A stretch of 64,000 bases of DNA from a virus: IMG/VR virus record IMGVR_UViG_3300037420_001136, positions 1 to 64,000 of that record. One strand, written 5' to 3'. A program made the position numbers and the translations under genes. The notes below the pieces were generated by a model. That model was not told the origin of the DNA and searched no databases. It saw nothing but the letters and a program-made list of their open reading frames with translations. Below are positions 8,201 to 17,891 of the stretch, one piece after another. Within the stretch, counting starts at the first letter, position 1; the number at the start of each line of letters is the position of its first letter.

Positions 8201-10820
8201 CGCAGATAGGAGAGAGGAAGAATACGCCAAGCTGAAGAAGGAGCTCGAGATTCGTGATCAGCTCAAGCTCTCCATGCAGGCCGTCAACGAGCAGCGTGAG
8301 CTAGAGAATAAGCAGAGCGCGGCGGCGATTCTGGCTCCGATGTATCAGCACGGGGCTCGTCAGGAAGACATCGACTACATGCGCGAGTTGGTCGGCTACG
8401 CGCAGGAGCTCGCAGACGCGGGTGCTGATCCAGCACAGCTCAACAACATGGTCGCCACTCGCGCAGCGGCCTTGAATCTAGACCGAGTGATGAAAGATCT
8501 CTCCGATCATTACGAGCAGGCGCGTCAAGCAGCTGGAGATATGGCTGACGCCATCGTCGGTGGATTCCGTGACGGTTTGCAGGCCGGAGACAGCTTCTTG
8601 GATATGTTCAAGAACATCTTCAAGCAGATCTCTAAGATCATCATGGATTTCGTCCTCTTCAATCCTCTGAAGCAGTGGCTTCAGCAGGTTCTCACTCAGA
8701 CTCTCGCACCGAATGCCACGGCTGGATTCGGGGGAGTCGGAACTCCGGCTGGGACCGTCAATTCTTACTCAACCGGAAACGGTCTTCTCGGAGCACTGAA
8801 CACAATTATCGGTGGAATTTCCGGTAGACAGCAAGGCTACTTCCAAGACGTCAATCCGCGGAACGCTCCCGTCTCAGGTGGTCGCGGTTACTTCGACTCT
8901 AACGGAGAGCTAGTCTTCCCGAACTACAGCTCTCCCAATGGCGACGTCGTCGTCACTGGAAGTCGTCAGTCTGGAGTTATTCCCGGGATTAATCCGGCCG
9001 TAATTCCTCCTCCGGCGAAGCAGGCAAGCTTCTTCTCAAACTTCATGCGAACCATGGATCAGAGTCGAGCTGCCTTCGGGACATTTACGAGCTGGGTCAA
9101 GGGTGGGATGCCAGCCGGTGGAGCAGGCGATGCAATAAGCGGGGCGATGGGAGCAGCCGGAACAGCCTTCGCGATGTACCAGACCGGAAACATGATTGGT
9201 AAGTCTGTCGCCAAGGCTCTCGGTGGCGGCTTCCGGACGCAGGCAGTCGCCGGCGGAATTACCGGAGGTGCCGCAGCAGGCTATAGTCTCGGCGGTCCGG
9301 TGGGAGCTGCGATCGGCGCGGTCGTCGGCGGTGTTCTCGGCTTTCTGAAGAAGAAGCCACAGATTCCCAGCTCCTTCGGTGCGGTTAAGGTCGGAGACAA
9401 TGGTGTTGCAATAGTGGGGACGACTGGCACTCATGGAAATGCAGACGCCAAGGTCGGGCAGGCTGCGGCTCAGGCGGGTGCCTCGCTCTTCAATGACTTC
9501 GCTGCAACCTACGGTGGTTATCTCAGTGCCGGAAACTATGGCACCTTCGGCAAGCGCGAGTACGATCCGGCGGGACCTGGAAACAAGGGAATGTACTCGT
9601 TCTGGTCCTCGCGTGGTGTGAATGGAAACGGAAAGCCAGCCGGAACGATGGGCGTAGATTACATCTACGGCACCGACTCGGAAGTTCAGGCTTTCGCGCT
9701 TCTGAAACAAATCCGCGAGGGAATGATCAAGGGCCTCAGCGACACGATCCTTACGGTGGCGAAGAATACGAAGGCCACTACCATGGAGGCTCTACAGTCT
9801 GATCTCGGAATCGGTCAGGCGTACGATCAGTTCATCAAGGGCTCCTTTACTCTCACGGACGTCGCCTCGAAGATTAGCGATCTCAACGAGGCGTTCAACA
9901 AGCTGAAGGCGCAGGCCACTGTTCTTGGTCTCAGCGAGGATAAGCTCGTCAAAGCTCGCCAACGCATGATGAACACGATGAAGGAGGAGTTCAACTTCAA
10001 TATCCAGCAGGGAATTCTAGGTTATACTAATCCTGCGTTAGCCGCCTTCAACCAGTTACAGAAGGAGTACCACGACGCAGTCGAGAGTGCGATGGCAGTC
10101 GGCGGAGACCTCGTTGCCGTGGAAGATCTCTATGGTCGCAAGAGGGCAGATCTCGCGAAGCAATGGGCGGACATCGCCACTAATGGTCTCGCCAGCGCGG
10201 CGCAGGATCTGTACAATTCTCTCACGGCCAGCAGCAACTCTCCGCTCAATACGCAGACTGTGTTCTCCAACGCACGCGATCTGTACACCGGCCTCACCTC
10301 GCAGTTCCTCTCTGGGGACTTCAGTCACGTAGATCAACTCTCTACCTTCGCCCAGAACTATCTGGACGCGGCCCGCCAGATGTACGGGTCTAGCACTGAC
10401 TACTTTGACATCTTCAAGCAGGTCACTGACCAACTCGCAATGTACGAGAACGGCACTGGTCTTCCTGGAACTACGGGTGGCCCGCCTGAGCTTCCGGGTC
10501 TCGACGACATGGTGCAGGAGATTAATGATCAGTCGCTCGAAATGATTGACGCGATGGGTCTAGTCGGTCAGGCAGTCGTGGAGGGAAGCACGAATGTGGT
10601 GGATGCGATCAACAATCTCGCCATTGCTCTAGGACAGAAGATTCCTGCGACGACTACTACGACGACTTCCACTCCGACGGGGCCGACCGCTGGAGGGACT
10701 GGAGTTAGTTCAACAGGAGGAACCTACGGTTCCACTGGCGTCATGGATTCAGGCGGTGTGGACTTTTCGGGCTACACCACCGTCAACGGGAGAACTTTTA
10801 AGGTCAGTGGTACGTACTGA
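5280..10820 (+). CDS. Tape measure protein
   Basis: 1846 aa, Ala-rich and helical; tape-measure motif [27 protein letters not shown]; Gly-rich hydrophobic stretches; follows the chaperones. Confidence 0.95.
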   Translation: [1846 protein letters not shown]

Positions 10821-13800
10821 TGAGTGGTGAGACAGTATATCTTCTAGAAGCGACTCCTCTCAACACCAGCGGGGTTGCAACTAGTGTGAACTTCAGCTCG
10901 GGGCTTCTGACTGAGGCTGAGCTGAAGAATGGGAAGGCGTATCCTGTACGACTCATGCAGGCGTACACGCACGAGACTTCCATCTTCGAGGAGAACACTC
11001 CCGGCCAGACTAGTGTGTCGCTTGGTTCCGCGACGATCAATAACGTGGACGGTAGATTCGACTATCTGCTAGACTATTCTTGGGATGCTCGCCCCATCAC
11101 TATCAAGCGAGGGAAGCAGGGTGCAGCCTACGCTACCTTCGTCACAGAGTTCGTCGGCTCGGCGACTGAGATAACTGCCGACACTAATAACCTCGTCTTG
11201 ACTCTCCGAGACAACAGCTACAAGCTCGCCAAGCCGCTTCAACCGAACAAGTATGCAGCGACGGGTGGCGCAGAGGGCGGAGCAGATCTCTTACAAAAAT
11301 TCAAGCCACTTCTGTTCGGCAAAGTTCGCAACGCCTCTCCCGTCTGGGTGGATCAAGTTCTTCTCACGTGGCAGATTCACGACGGAACCATTACGTCGGT
11401 AGATGCTGTCTACGATCGTGGAAACAAGCTGACCTTCTATCAGAATTATTCAACCTACGCGTTGCTCGCGGCGGCGACGATCCCTCCCGGATACTACGCA
11501 ACTTGTCTAGCGGCAGGCTTCGGTAGACTAGGGGCTCCGCCGGCTGGAACCCTTACGGTTGACGCTGTGGGAGCCTTCGGCTCTGTAACGAACATTCCTG
11601 AGCTAGTTAAACAGATCCTCACGACGCGCCTCGGGCTCACGACCGGAGAGCTAGACACGGCGGCGTTCACTCAAGCCTCCACAGACTTCCCCTACGCATT
11701 CGAGGGCATCTACTTCCCGGAGCCGGATCTTCAGTACGACGAGCTAGTCGAGACCTTAGCCGAGTCGGCGAATGGCTTCTGGTACGTTACCCGCGCTGGG
11801 TTGATTTCCTTCAAGATCTTCAAATTCAGCACTCCGGTCGCGACCATCCGCGCTGAAGATATCATGAGTCTCGGTAAGGCTCCCTCACCGAAACCTCTGT
11901 ATCGCGTGAAGGTCAACTACGGCAAGAACGCTACGATCCAGCCGCCGTCGGACTTTACAATTCCGAAGCAGCTCATCAACGCCTACCTTGACAAAGAGTA
12001 TCATCACGTAGACGCGTCGGTGGGAACTCCTGACTATTCCGGCGCGGGGAAGATGAACGTCTTCCTCAATGATCAGCAGGTGAATGACTTAGGGATTGCC
12101 ACCTTCAGTATCCCCAACGGTGAGTCCTGGATTGCTATTGACTCGACCGGAGCCATCACCGTCACTAGCTCTGGCGTGGCGTCTGCGACAGCTACTGTTC
12201 GCGTCAACATAGGTGAGTACGTTTGGGACGAGTCATTCACTCTCGTTAGGGACACAGTAGCTCCGCTCCAGAAGATGGGTCTGACCCTCAGTGCAGATCG
12301 TTTCTACTTCAACGACGCGGGACAGCCTTCCCCGCCGGGACAGACGATTACGGCAACCCCATCAGGTCTCAACACGACCAATCCCATCACAGTCACTGCC
12401 GTAGATAATCTCGGCAACACAGTTCTAGTCTCCTCCAACACAATCTCAATCACTAACATCTCGACCTCACCTCTGGTCTTCTGGATTGCCGTGACTGCCA
12501 CGGATGCGAATGGCGTCAAGCAGACGAAGCGCATCATGGTTCAGCACGGAAATGATGCTTATGCCGAAGGCATTCTCGGCTCATTCGCTTCTAGCGGCGC
12601 TACGTTCTTCTTCCAGGCGACGGCTCCCACGACTGGGATGGCTGTCAACGACGTTTGGGTTGACACAGATGATGCGAACAAAACTTACCGCTGGACTGGA
12701 ACAGTCTGGGCAGCATTCTCCGACACGCGCATCGTCGATGCTCTCACGGCGGCGGCAGGAGCTCAGGCGACGGCTGACGGCAAGATCAAGACCTACATCA
12801 GCACCACGACTCCGACTGGCACCTTCGCCGTTGGGGATCTATGGTGGGAGCCGACCAGCCACGTACTGAAGCGCTGGAGTGGATCTTCGTGGGTCAACTT
12901 TTCCGCAACCTCTCTGTCCGAGTTAGATCCGTCAGCCTCCTCAACTCTAGTAAATCAAATCTCGGACAATGTTCTTTCTCGTGACGAGAAGCCAAGTTGG
13001 ATTGCGTGGAATGCTGAGCTAGAGAGTCGCTACGCGCTGGTGAGAGCCAGAGCTGTAGCGCTAAATCTTTCTGTCTCTACTCTTGATCTTGCTAGAACAG
13101 ATTGGCAAAATCATCTCAACGGCATCTCTCCAGCTTGGAACGATACCAAGACGGACAGCATCATCTACACAACGGCTCTTCCCTTAGCCGCGCAGACCTT
13201 TCCTTCTGGGTGGACGCTAGCTAATAGTCTCTCGACCTCGGCGAGCGGGATCTATACTGTTCTGAACGACGCGTTTACGACAGAGATCGGCCAGATCAAT
13301 AACTCAAACGCTCGAGTCTCGGTCGGGCCGGGAGGCAGTACATCAATCGGAATTTCTGTGAAGAAGGCCGCCGCTGCTGCGCCTTGGGCCATGCTTCGCA
13401 ACTACATGTCCGATTCCTCGGGTACTATTCTCTCGAGACTAGACGTTCGCTTCAACCCCTACACTGGCGCGATTAATGTCGATACGTCTGGAGTGGCTGC
13501 TGGGACGAACTACGCGGGTGCGATCTATGATCTAGGTACTGACTGGTACGTCATTGCGATTATGGCTACTGCTCCGGCAGGAACTGCTAACAGTCACGCA
13601 GAAATTTATCCAGCCGCGGGACCAGACTCGGGTGGGAGTTTCGGTGGTTACGCTACAACGCCGACCGGCACGATCAGTATCAAGGGAGTTCCCGACTTTG
13701 TTCTCGGAGTCTCGGCTTCCCTTGGGCGCAACATGCTCATCGCTAGACTCAACACGTACTCGGCTCAGATTGAAGCCATGCAGAAGGCCGTCAGTGAGAC

Positions 13801-14572
13801 TGACGCTCAGCTAGCGAATCAAGTGACCGGCCCCGCAACCTTCACGGCGCAATACGACAGTACTGGTGCTACGGCACTAAATCTCCCTGCTAATTTGAAC
13901 TTCAAATTACAGAATCAATCAGGTCAAATCACCTCTGGTATGACCTGGAAGTATGTGGTCGTTTCTGGAACGGTAAACGGACACGCGGCGGGTGCAACTG
14001 AGTACACCGACACGATCACGGCCGACACTGGCACAGGGGTGTTCGCCTTAAATAGCATGACTGGCACCACGGCTAAGATCGAAGTACGCGCCTACATTGG
14101 TACGATGATGTGGGCCTTCCAGAGCACAATCACTAAGACTCTAGCCGACCCGCCTCCAGGTGGAGGAGGAAGCGGAGGCAGCTCGGGCGGTGGTGCGCTA
14201 CCGCAGACGGTTATTGTCAACACCGGCATCGGTTCGTCTACCTTCATCAAGATCGGACAAGTGACAGGCACGACCGGCGCTTCGCAGACCTCGGTGAGTC
14301 TGAGTTCCAACTTTACGATAACGGATTATTCCGCGAATAAATCGGACGTAGTGACTGTCGAGCTTAAGTGGATGCGAAGCGCAATACAGAAGGGCTCCAC
14401 AGGGAGTGGCACAGCGTCTGTCGTCAACTATGAACCGATGGACGGTAGCGTCTCTGCTTCTGGCACTGACACGGGATTAACAGCTAACACCGCCTACACC
14501 TGGGAGCTATGGGCGCGCTGTACCGCAGCAGGTAAGAGTGCTGGGCTAGATGGATCGGGTACGGTCACATGA
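10820..14572 (+). CDS. Tail hub/central fibre protein (hub N-terminus fused to fibre/receptor-binding domains)
   Basis: 1250 aa; N-terminal hub motifs (NVDGRFD, KPLLFGKVRNASP, AVYDRG); AQATADGKI/GDLWW fibre repeats; beta-rich C-terminus. Confidence 0.75.
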   Translation: MSGETVYLLEATPLNTSGVATSVNFSSGLLTEAELKNGKAYPVRLMQAYTHETSIFEENTPGQTSVSLGSATINNVDGRFDYLLDYSWDARPITIKRGKQGAAYATFVTEFVGSATEITADTNNLVLTLRDNSYKLAKPLQPNKYAATGGAEGGADLLQKFKPLLFGKVRNASPVWVDQVLLTWQIHDGTITSVDAVYDRGNKLTFYQNYSTYALLAAATIPPGYYATCLAAGFGRLGAPPAGTLTVDAVGAFGSVTNIPELVKQILTTRLGLTTGELDTAAFTQASTDFPYAFEGIYFPEPDLQYDELVETLAESANGFWYVTRAGLISFKIFKFSTPVATIRAEDIMSLGKAPSPKPLYRVKVNYGKNATIQPPSDFTIPKQLINAYLDKEYHHVDASVGTPDYSGAGKMNVFLNDQQVNDLGIATFSIPNGESWIAIDSTGAITVTSSGVASATATVRVNIGEYVWDESFTLVRDTVAPLQKMGLTLSADRFYFNDAGQPSPPGQTITATPSGLNTTNPITVTAVDNLGNTVLVSSNTISITNISTSPLVFWIAVTATDANGVKQTKRIMVQHGNDAYAEGILGSFASSGATFFFQATAPTTGMAVNDVWVDTDDANKTYRWTGTVWAAFSDTRIVDALTAAAGAQATADGKIKTYISTTTPTGTFAVGDLWWEPTSHVLKRWSGSSWVNFSATSLSELDPSASSTLVNQISDNVLSRDEKPSWIAWNAELESRYALVRARAVALNLSVSTLDLARTDWQNHLNGISPAWNDTKTDSIIYTTALPLAAQTFPSGWTLANSLSTSASGIYTVLNDAFTTEIGQINNSNARVSVGPGGSTSIGISVKKAAAAAPWAMLRNYMSDSSGTILSRLDVRFNPYTGAINVDTSGVAAGTNYAGAIYDLGTDWYVIAIMATAPAGTANSHAEIYPAAGPDSGGSFGGYATTPTGTISIKGVPDFVLGVSASLGRNMLIARLNTYSAQIEAMQKAVSETDAQLANQVTGPATFTAQYDSTGATALNLPANLNFKLQNQSGQITSGMTWKYVVVSGTVNGHAAGATEYTDTITADTGTGVFALNSMTGTTAKIEVRAYIGTMMWAFQSTITKTLADPPPGGGGSGGSSGGGALPQTVIVNTGIGSSTFIKIGQVTGTTGASQTSVSLSSNFTITDYSANKSDVVTVELKWMRSAIQKGSTGSGTASVVNYEPMDGSVSASGTDTGLTANTAYTWELWARCTAAGKSAGLDGSGTVT

Positions 14573-15156
14573 ACATGGTTACTATCAAAAGTCCCGAGGG
14601 TGAGATCCTCGTGGTGGACGAGGCTGATCTCTCGCCTCCCTCTCTACCTAACGGAGAGCAGGGACCAGTTGCGTGGGAAAATCCCTACCCAGGATGGGTC
14701 GTGGTCGCTGAAGGTGCACCAGCCAGCGATACTCAATCTCTCGTCAACGGCGCGTGGGTCGACGATCTCGAGAAGATTAAAGCTGCTGCGATGGAATCCA
14801 TCAATCGCTTTGAGACAGACGCCGTGGCCGAGTTGGCTCAGCTGACCACAGCCATAGCGACGTGCGAGACGTGGAGGGACATCAAGAAGGCCGAGCAGGA
14901 CATAGCGGACAACAAAGTTCCCGCAGACACTCAAGGTCAGGCTGAGCGTTACCCATTTCTCTGGGGAATCAGTCAGGTGGCGGGAATCACTATGGTGAAT
15001 GCCCTCTCCCTCGCAAAGACTTTTCTCATAGCCGACATGCAGGAGATCGCATTAGCGGGGGCGAGAGCACTCGTGGCTCGCTACAACGCGGCGAATGCCA
15101 CGACGGCAGCACAAGTTGAAGATGCAGTCTCGGTAGCTGAGGGTAGCCAGCCTTAA
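14569..15156 (+). CDS. Putative tail fibre assembly chaperone
   Basis: Follows the fibre gene; NGAWVDD..K.K motif and C-terminal NATTAAQVE typical of fibre chaperones. Confidence 0.5.
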   Translation: MNMVTIKSPEGEILVVDEADLSPPSLPNGEQGPVAWENPYPGWVVVAEGAPASDTQSLVNGAWVDDLEKIKAAAMESINRFETDAVAELAQLTTAIATCETWRDIKKAEQDIADNKVPADTQGQAERYPFLWGISQVAGITMVNALSLAKTFLIADMQEIALAGARALVARYNAANATTAAQVEDAVSVAEGSQP

Positions 15157-15169
15157 GTCGAACAAATCG

Positions 15170-15199
15170 CTTGTCCAAAGAACAATCCAGCACTACACT
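15170..15199 (+). promoter_or_regulatory. Phage promoter motif copy 1
   Basis: CTTG-tccaaa-GAAC-aatccagcac-TACACT. Confidence 0.65.
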
Positions 15200-15227
15200 G
15201 GAGCAGCTCGTAGCAGGAGAGATGGGA

Positions 15228-15683
15228 ATGGCGTCGCCGAGATTCATTACTCAACCGGATGAGGCAGCGACTGTTCTCTTCAGGTTCGTAGTGGATAACC
15301 CGAAGTCCTTCCCGGAGGACATGAGGGAGCACATTCTTCGGCTTCTGGAGCCGGGAAGATCTCCATCCTTCGCAGTCTCCGAGAGTGCGGAGATGATCTA
15401 CGCTCGTCAGAAGGAACTCTCCAGGGAGGTTCTGATGCTGGGCGCTGAGATGGCTATCACAGCTTCTCATCTTCGCATCAATAACTTCGCAGACGAGGGC
15501 GGTAAGCGGGGACGTGACATCGCTGAGGCTCTGCGAAAAGCATCAGGCGAGAAAGCGCCAGCAGGAATGTCTTGGATCTCCAAGGAGGAGATGCCAGAAC
15601 CGAAGAACGTCTATCTTCCTCCGGTCGGCTCGGACAATATCGACGCACCCGCACCGGAACCTTCAGCAAAGAGCGTCGGCTAG
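15228..15683 (+). CDS. Hypothetical protein
   Basis: Start moved from TTG 15171, which is the promoter -35, to ATG 15228 behind an AGGAGA RBS. Confidence 0.6.
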   Translation: MASPRFITQPDEAATVLFRFVVDNPKSFPEDMREHILRLLEPGRSPSFAVSESAEMIYARQKELSREVLMLGAEMAITASHLRINNFADEGGKRGRDIAEALRKASGEKAPAGMSWISKEEMPEPKNVYLPPVGSDNIDAPAPEPSAKSVG

Positions 15684-15696
15684 AAAGGAGTTTACG

Positions 15697-16017
15697 ATGG
15701 CAGATCAAGTCAAGGAGCCGGTGGTCGTTACGACTGCTCAGGGCGTCACCGATGCGCTTCAGGCGGCGATTCGTTATCTCGTCGTCATCGTCGGTTTTCT
15801 GTCTGGCCTCGCAGGTCTCATCGGCAAGGGTGCGACGGTGGACGCTGTGACTTACGTCCAGACGAATCTCGGTGGCGTCGTCGCCGCAATCTTCGGTCTC
15901 GTCGGACTCTGCACTGCCGTCTACGGCATCTACAAGACCTGGAAGCGCGGTGCTCAGCTGACCACGGTCGCAGCAGATCCGGAAGTCCCCAATCACGTGG
16001 CGAAACTCGCCAAGTAA
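15697..16017 (+). CDS. Putative holin (two transmembrane segments)
   Basis: AAGGAG RBS and ATG 15697; two hydrophobic helices and a basic C-terminal region; adjacent to a lipoprotein gene. Confidence 0.55.
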   Translation: MADQVKEPVVVTTAQGVTDALQAAIRYLVVIVGFLSGLAGLIGKGATVDAVTYVQTNLGGVVAAIFGLVGLCTAVYGIYKTWKRGAQLTTVAADPEVPNHVAKLAK

Positions 16018-16028
16018 GGAGAACAAGA

Positions 16029-16391
16029 ATGCGTGCACTCATTTTAATTGCTGCGGCTGCGCTCAGCTTCCCGCTCGCAGCTTGCGAGACGATGGGAACG
16101 ACTCAATCGCCCGCGCCGCTTCAGCAAACGGCTATCGACGATCGTGGCGTTCGCATTGCGTTCCTCTCGCTCGACGCAGTCGCCACGTTGGTCGATCAGG
16201 CTATCGACGCGAAGCTCATCGTCCCGGGAAGCCCGAAGGCGCTGACCATTGCCAACGCGCTCACGCGCGCGAAGGCTGCGGTGAATGCGGCATCCCACGC
16301 TCAGAAGGCTGGCTCAGTCGCCACCTACCAGCAGGCGATGGACGAGGCCACGGCTGCAATCGCTCAAGCCAAGACGGCTCTGGGCAAGTAA
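16029..16391 (+). CDS. Lipoprotein, possible spanin-like lysis component
   Basis: Signal peptide with lipobox LAA-C; Ala-rich helical body; AAGGAGA RBS. Confidence 0.6.
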   Translation: MRALILIAAAALSFPLAACETMGTTQSPAPLQQTAIDDRGVRIAFLSLDAVATLVDQAIDAKLIVPGSPKALTIANALTRAKAAVNAASHAQKAGSVATYQQAMDEATAAIAQAKTALGK

Positions 16392-16415
16392 CTCTCGGCC
16401 TGAAGGAGATCAGGA

Positions 16416-16661
16416 ATGGATCAGACCATCCAGAATATTCTCAACATCGCACGTCAGCTCGGTCCCGTGATCGAGGGGCTCACCGGCACATCGCTCGTCA
16501 CGCCTGCGATTAACGCCGGAAAGGCTGTAATCGAGCTGATCGACGGCATCAAGGAAACTGCCGGTGCAAGTCAGGACGAACTCCAGGCCACGCGTGACGA
16601 ACTGGAGACCCGCGTGAATGCTCACGTGGACGCCACGGTCGATCGCCTTCGTGGCGAGTAA
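16416..16661 (+). CDS. Small helical protein, lysis-cassette neighbour
   Basis: 81 aa, AAGGAG RBS, amphipathic N-terminus and coiled C-terminus. Confidence 0.55.
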   Translation: MDQTIQNILNIARQLGPVIEGLTGTSLVTPAINAGKAVIELIDGIKETAGASQDELQATRDELETRVNAHVDATVDRLRGE

Positions 16662-16696
16662 GCCTACGGCCAGCGATGCGGGAGGTATCACTCTAA

Positions 16697-17062
16697 ATGT
16701 CGATTGATGTCACCCGCATCGCGTTTGCTCAGCAGGAGTACCGCACTACTCCTGCGATCGAAGACTTGAGCATTCAGACGAAGCATCCTCTTGCAGTAGA
16801 GTTTGAGTATAACACTCTTCTGCAGAATCTTGCAGACGCCAATACCTTCGGTGCGACTGTTCTTGCTCTCCGGAAGCTAGATCGCTGGACTTGGGCCTGC
16901 TTCGTCTACAAGCAGAATTATCCTCCCTTCGAAGTGGGAACAACGATTACCATCAAGTATCCTCGTTTTGGATTTACGAATGGGAAGAACTTCATAGTCA
17001 AGAGGGTGCGGACAGACTCTAACGCGTTGTTTGACGAACTAACTCTCTTCGGGCCGCAGTAA
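16697..17062 (+). CDS. Tail hub C-terminal domain encoded as a separate gene
   Basis: AFAQQEYRT...SIQTKHPLA...DA...LALRK...VGTTITIKYPRFG..GK...LTLFG resembles the usual C-terminus of this hub family; GGAGG RBS. Confidence 0.55.
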   Translation: MSIDVTRIAFAQQEYRTTPAIEDLSIQTKHPLAVEFEYNTLLQNLADANTFGATVLALRKLDRWTWACFVYKQNYPPFEVGTTITIKYPRFGFTNGKNFIVKRVRTDSNALFDELTLFGPQ

Positions 17063-17063
17063 C

Positions 17064-17891
17064 ATGGGAATCTTCTTCGCAGCTCCGATTGACGAGCATC
17101 CTGACTACAACAAGGTGACGACCACGCCGACTTGTTCTACTCAGGACGCCAACTTTCCTGCGTCCAATCTTCTCACGATGGACCCGACTCAGGTATTCAC
17201 GTCCACCATCCAGAATCCCGTCATCCTGTGGGATCTTGGAGCTTCGTATTCCTTCGACGTGGTTTCGCTCATCTACACTAATCTCAGCGACACAGCCACT
17301 CTCTTAATCGAGACCAGCACGGATAACATCTCGTACACGACGCGTTACAACGGTCTCGCGCTGGCCCACGCGATCTCTGGGCAGACGACGCAGAACAAAA
17401 AGAACATGTTGAGAGTGAATCACACTCTCCTCAATCTGTCAAGTCCAGTCACGGCTCGCTATCTTCGCATCACGCCCAACACGCAGATTGCAGGAGTGTT
17501 CCCGACGATCGGTCGACTCTTCGTCGGGAGTAAGTTCACTCCTGCGAATGGCTGGCAGTACGGCTCGCAGTTCACGTTCCAGGATAACTCGCCTAGGCAG
17601 CGCACTGATCGCGGAGCTTTGGTCGTGGATGCACAGCCTGTGATCACAGGAGCCAACGTCAAGCTCGACTTCTCGTCTCGCCAAGAGATGTACGACAATA
17701 TCTACGAGTTCAACTACTGGCGTGGCGGTGCTCGCGAGATCTTAGCCTGCCTAGAGACTGATCCTACTGCTCAGCAGTGGCTTCAAAAGAATCTACTATA
17801 CTGTACCCTCACGGAAGGTCGTACCATCTCGTTCGATGCGTACAACACTCACAGCTCCGCGTGGGTTCTAGAAAGCATTGGCGTCGGGTGA
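17064..17891 (+). CDS. Distal-tail/baseplate-type virion protein (discoidin-like N-terminal domain)
   Basis: FPASNLL, WDLG, ARYLRI, IGRLFVG..FTP..GWQYGS motifs. Confidence 0.6.
   Translation: MGIFFAAPIDEHPDYNKVTTTPTCSTQDANFPASNLLTMDPTQVFTSTIQNPVILWDLGASYSFDVVSLIYTNLSDTATLLIETSTDNISYTTRYNGLALAHAISGQTTQNKKNMLRVNHTLLNLSSPVTARYLRITPNTQIAGVFPTIGRLFVGSKFTPANGWQYGSQFTFQDNSPRQRTDRGALVVDAQPVITGANVKLDFSSRQEMYDNIYEFNYWRGGAREILACLETDPTAQQWLQKNLLYCTLTEGRTISFDAYNTHSSAWVLESIGVG

Noticed and set aside
15171-15227. TTG start and N-terminal extension of the 15171 ORF
   Set aside because: The TTG is the -35 of promoter copy 1; a good RBS precedes ATG 15228.
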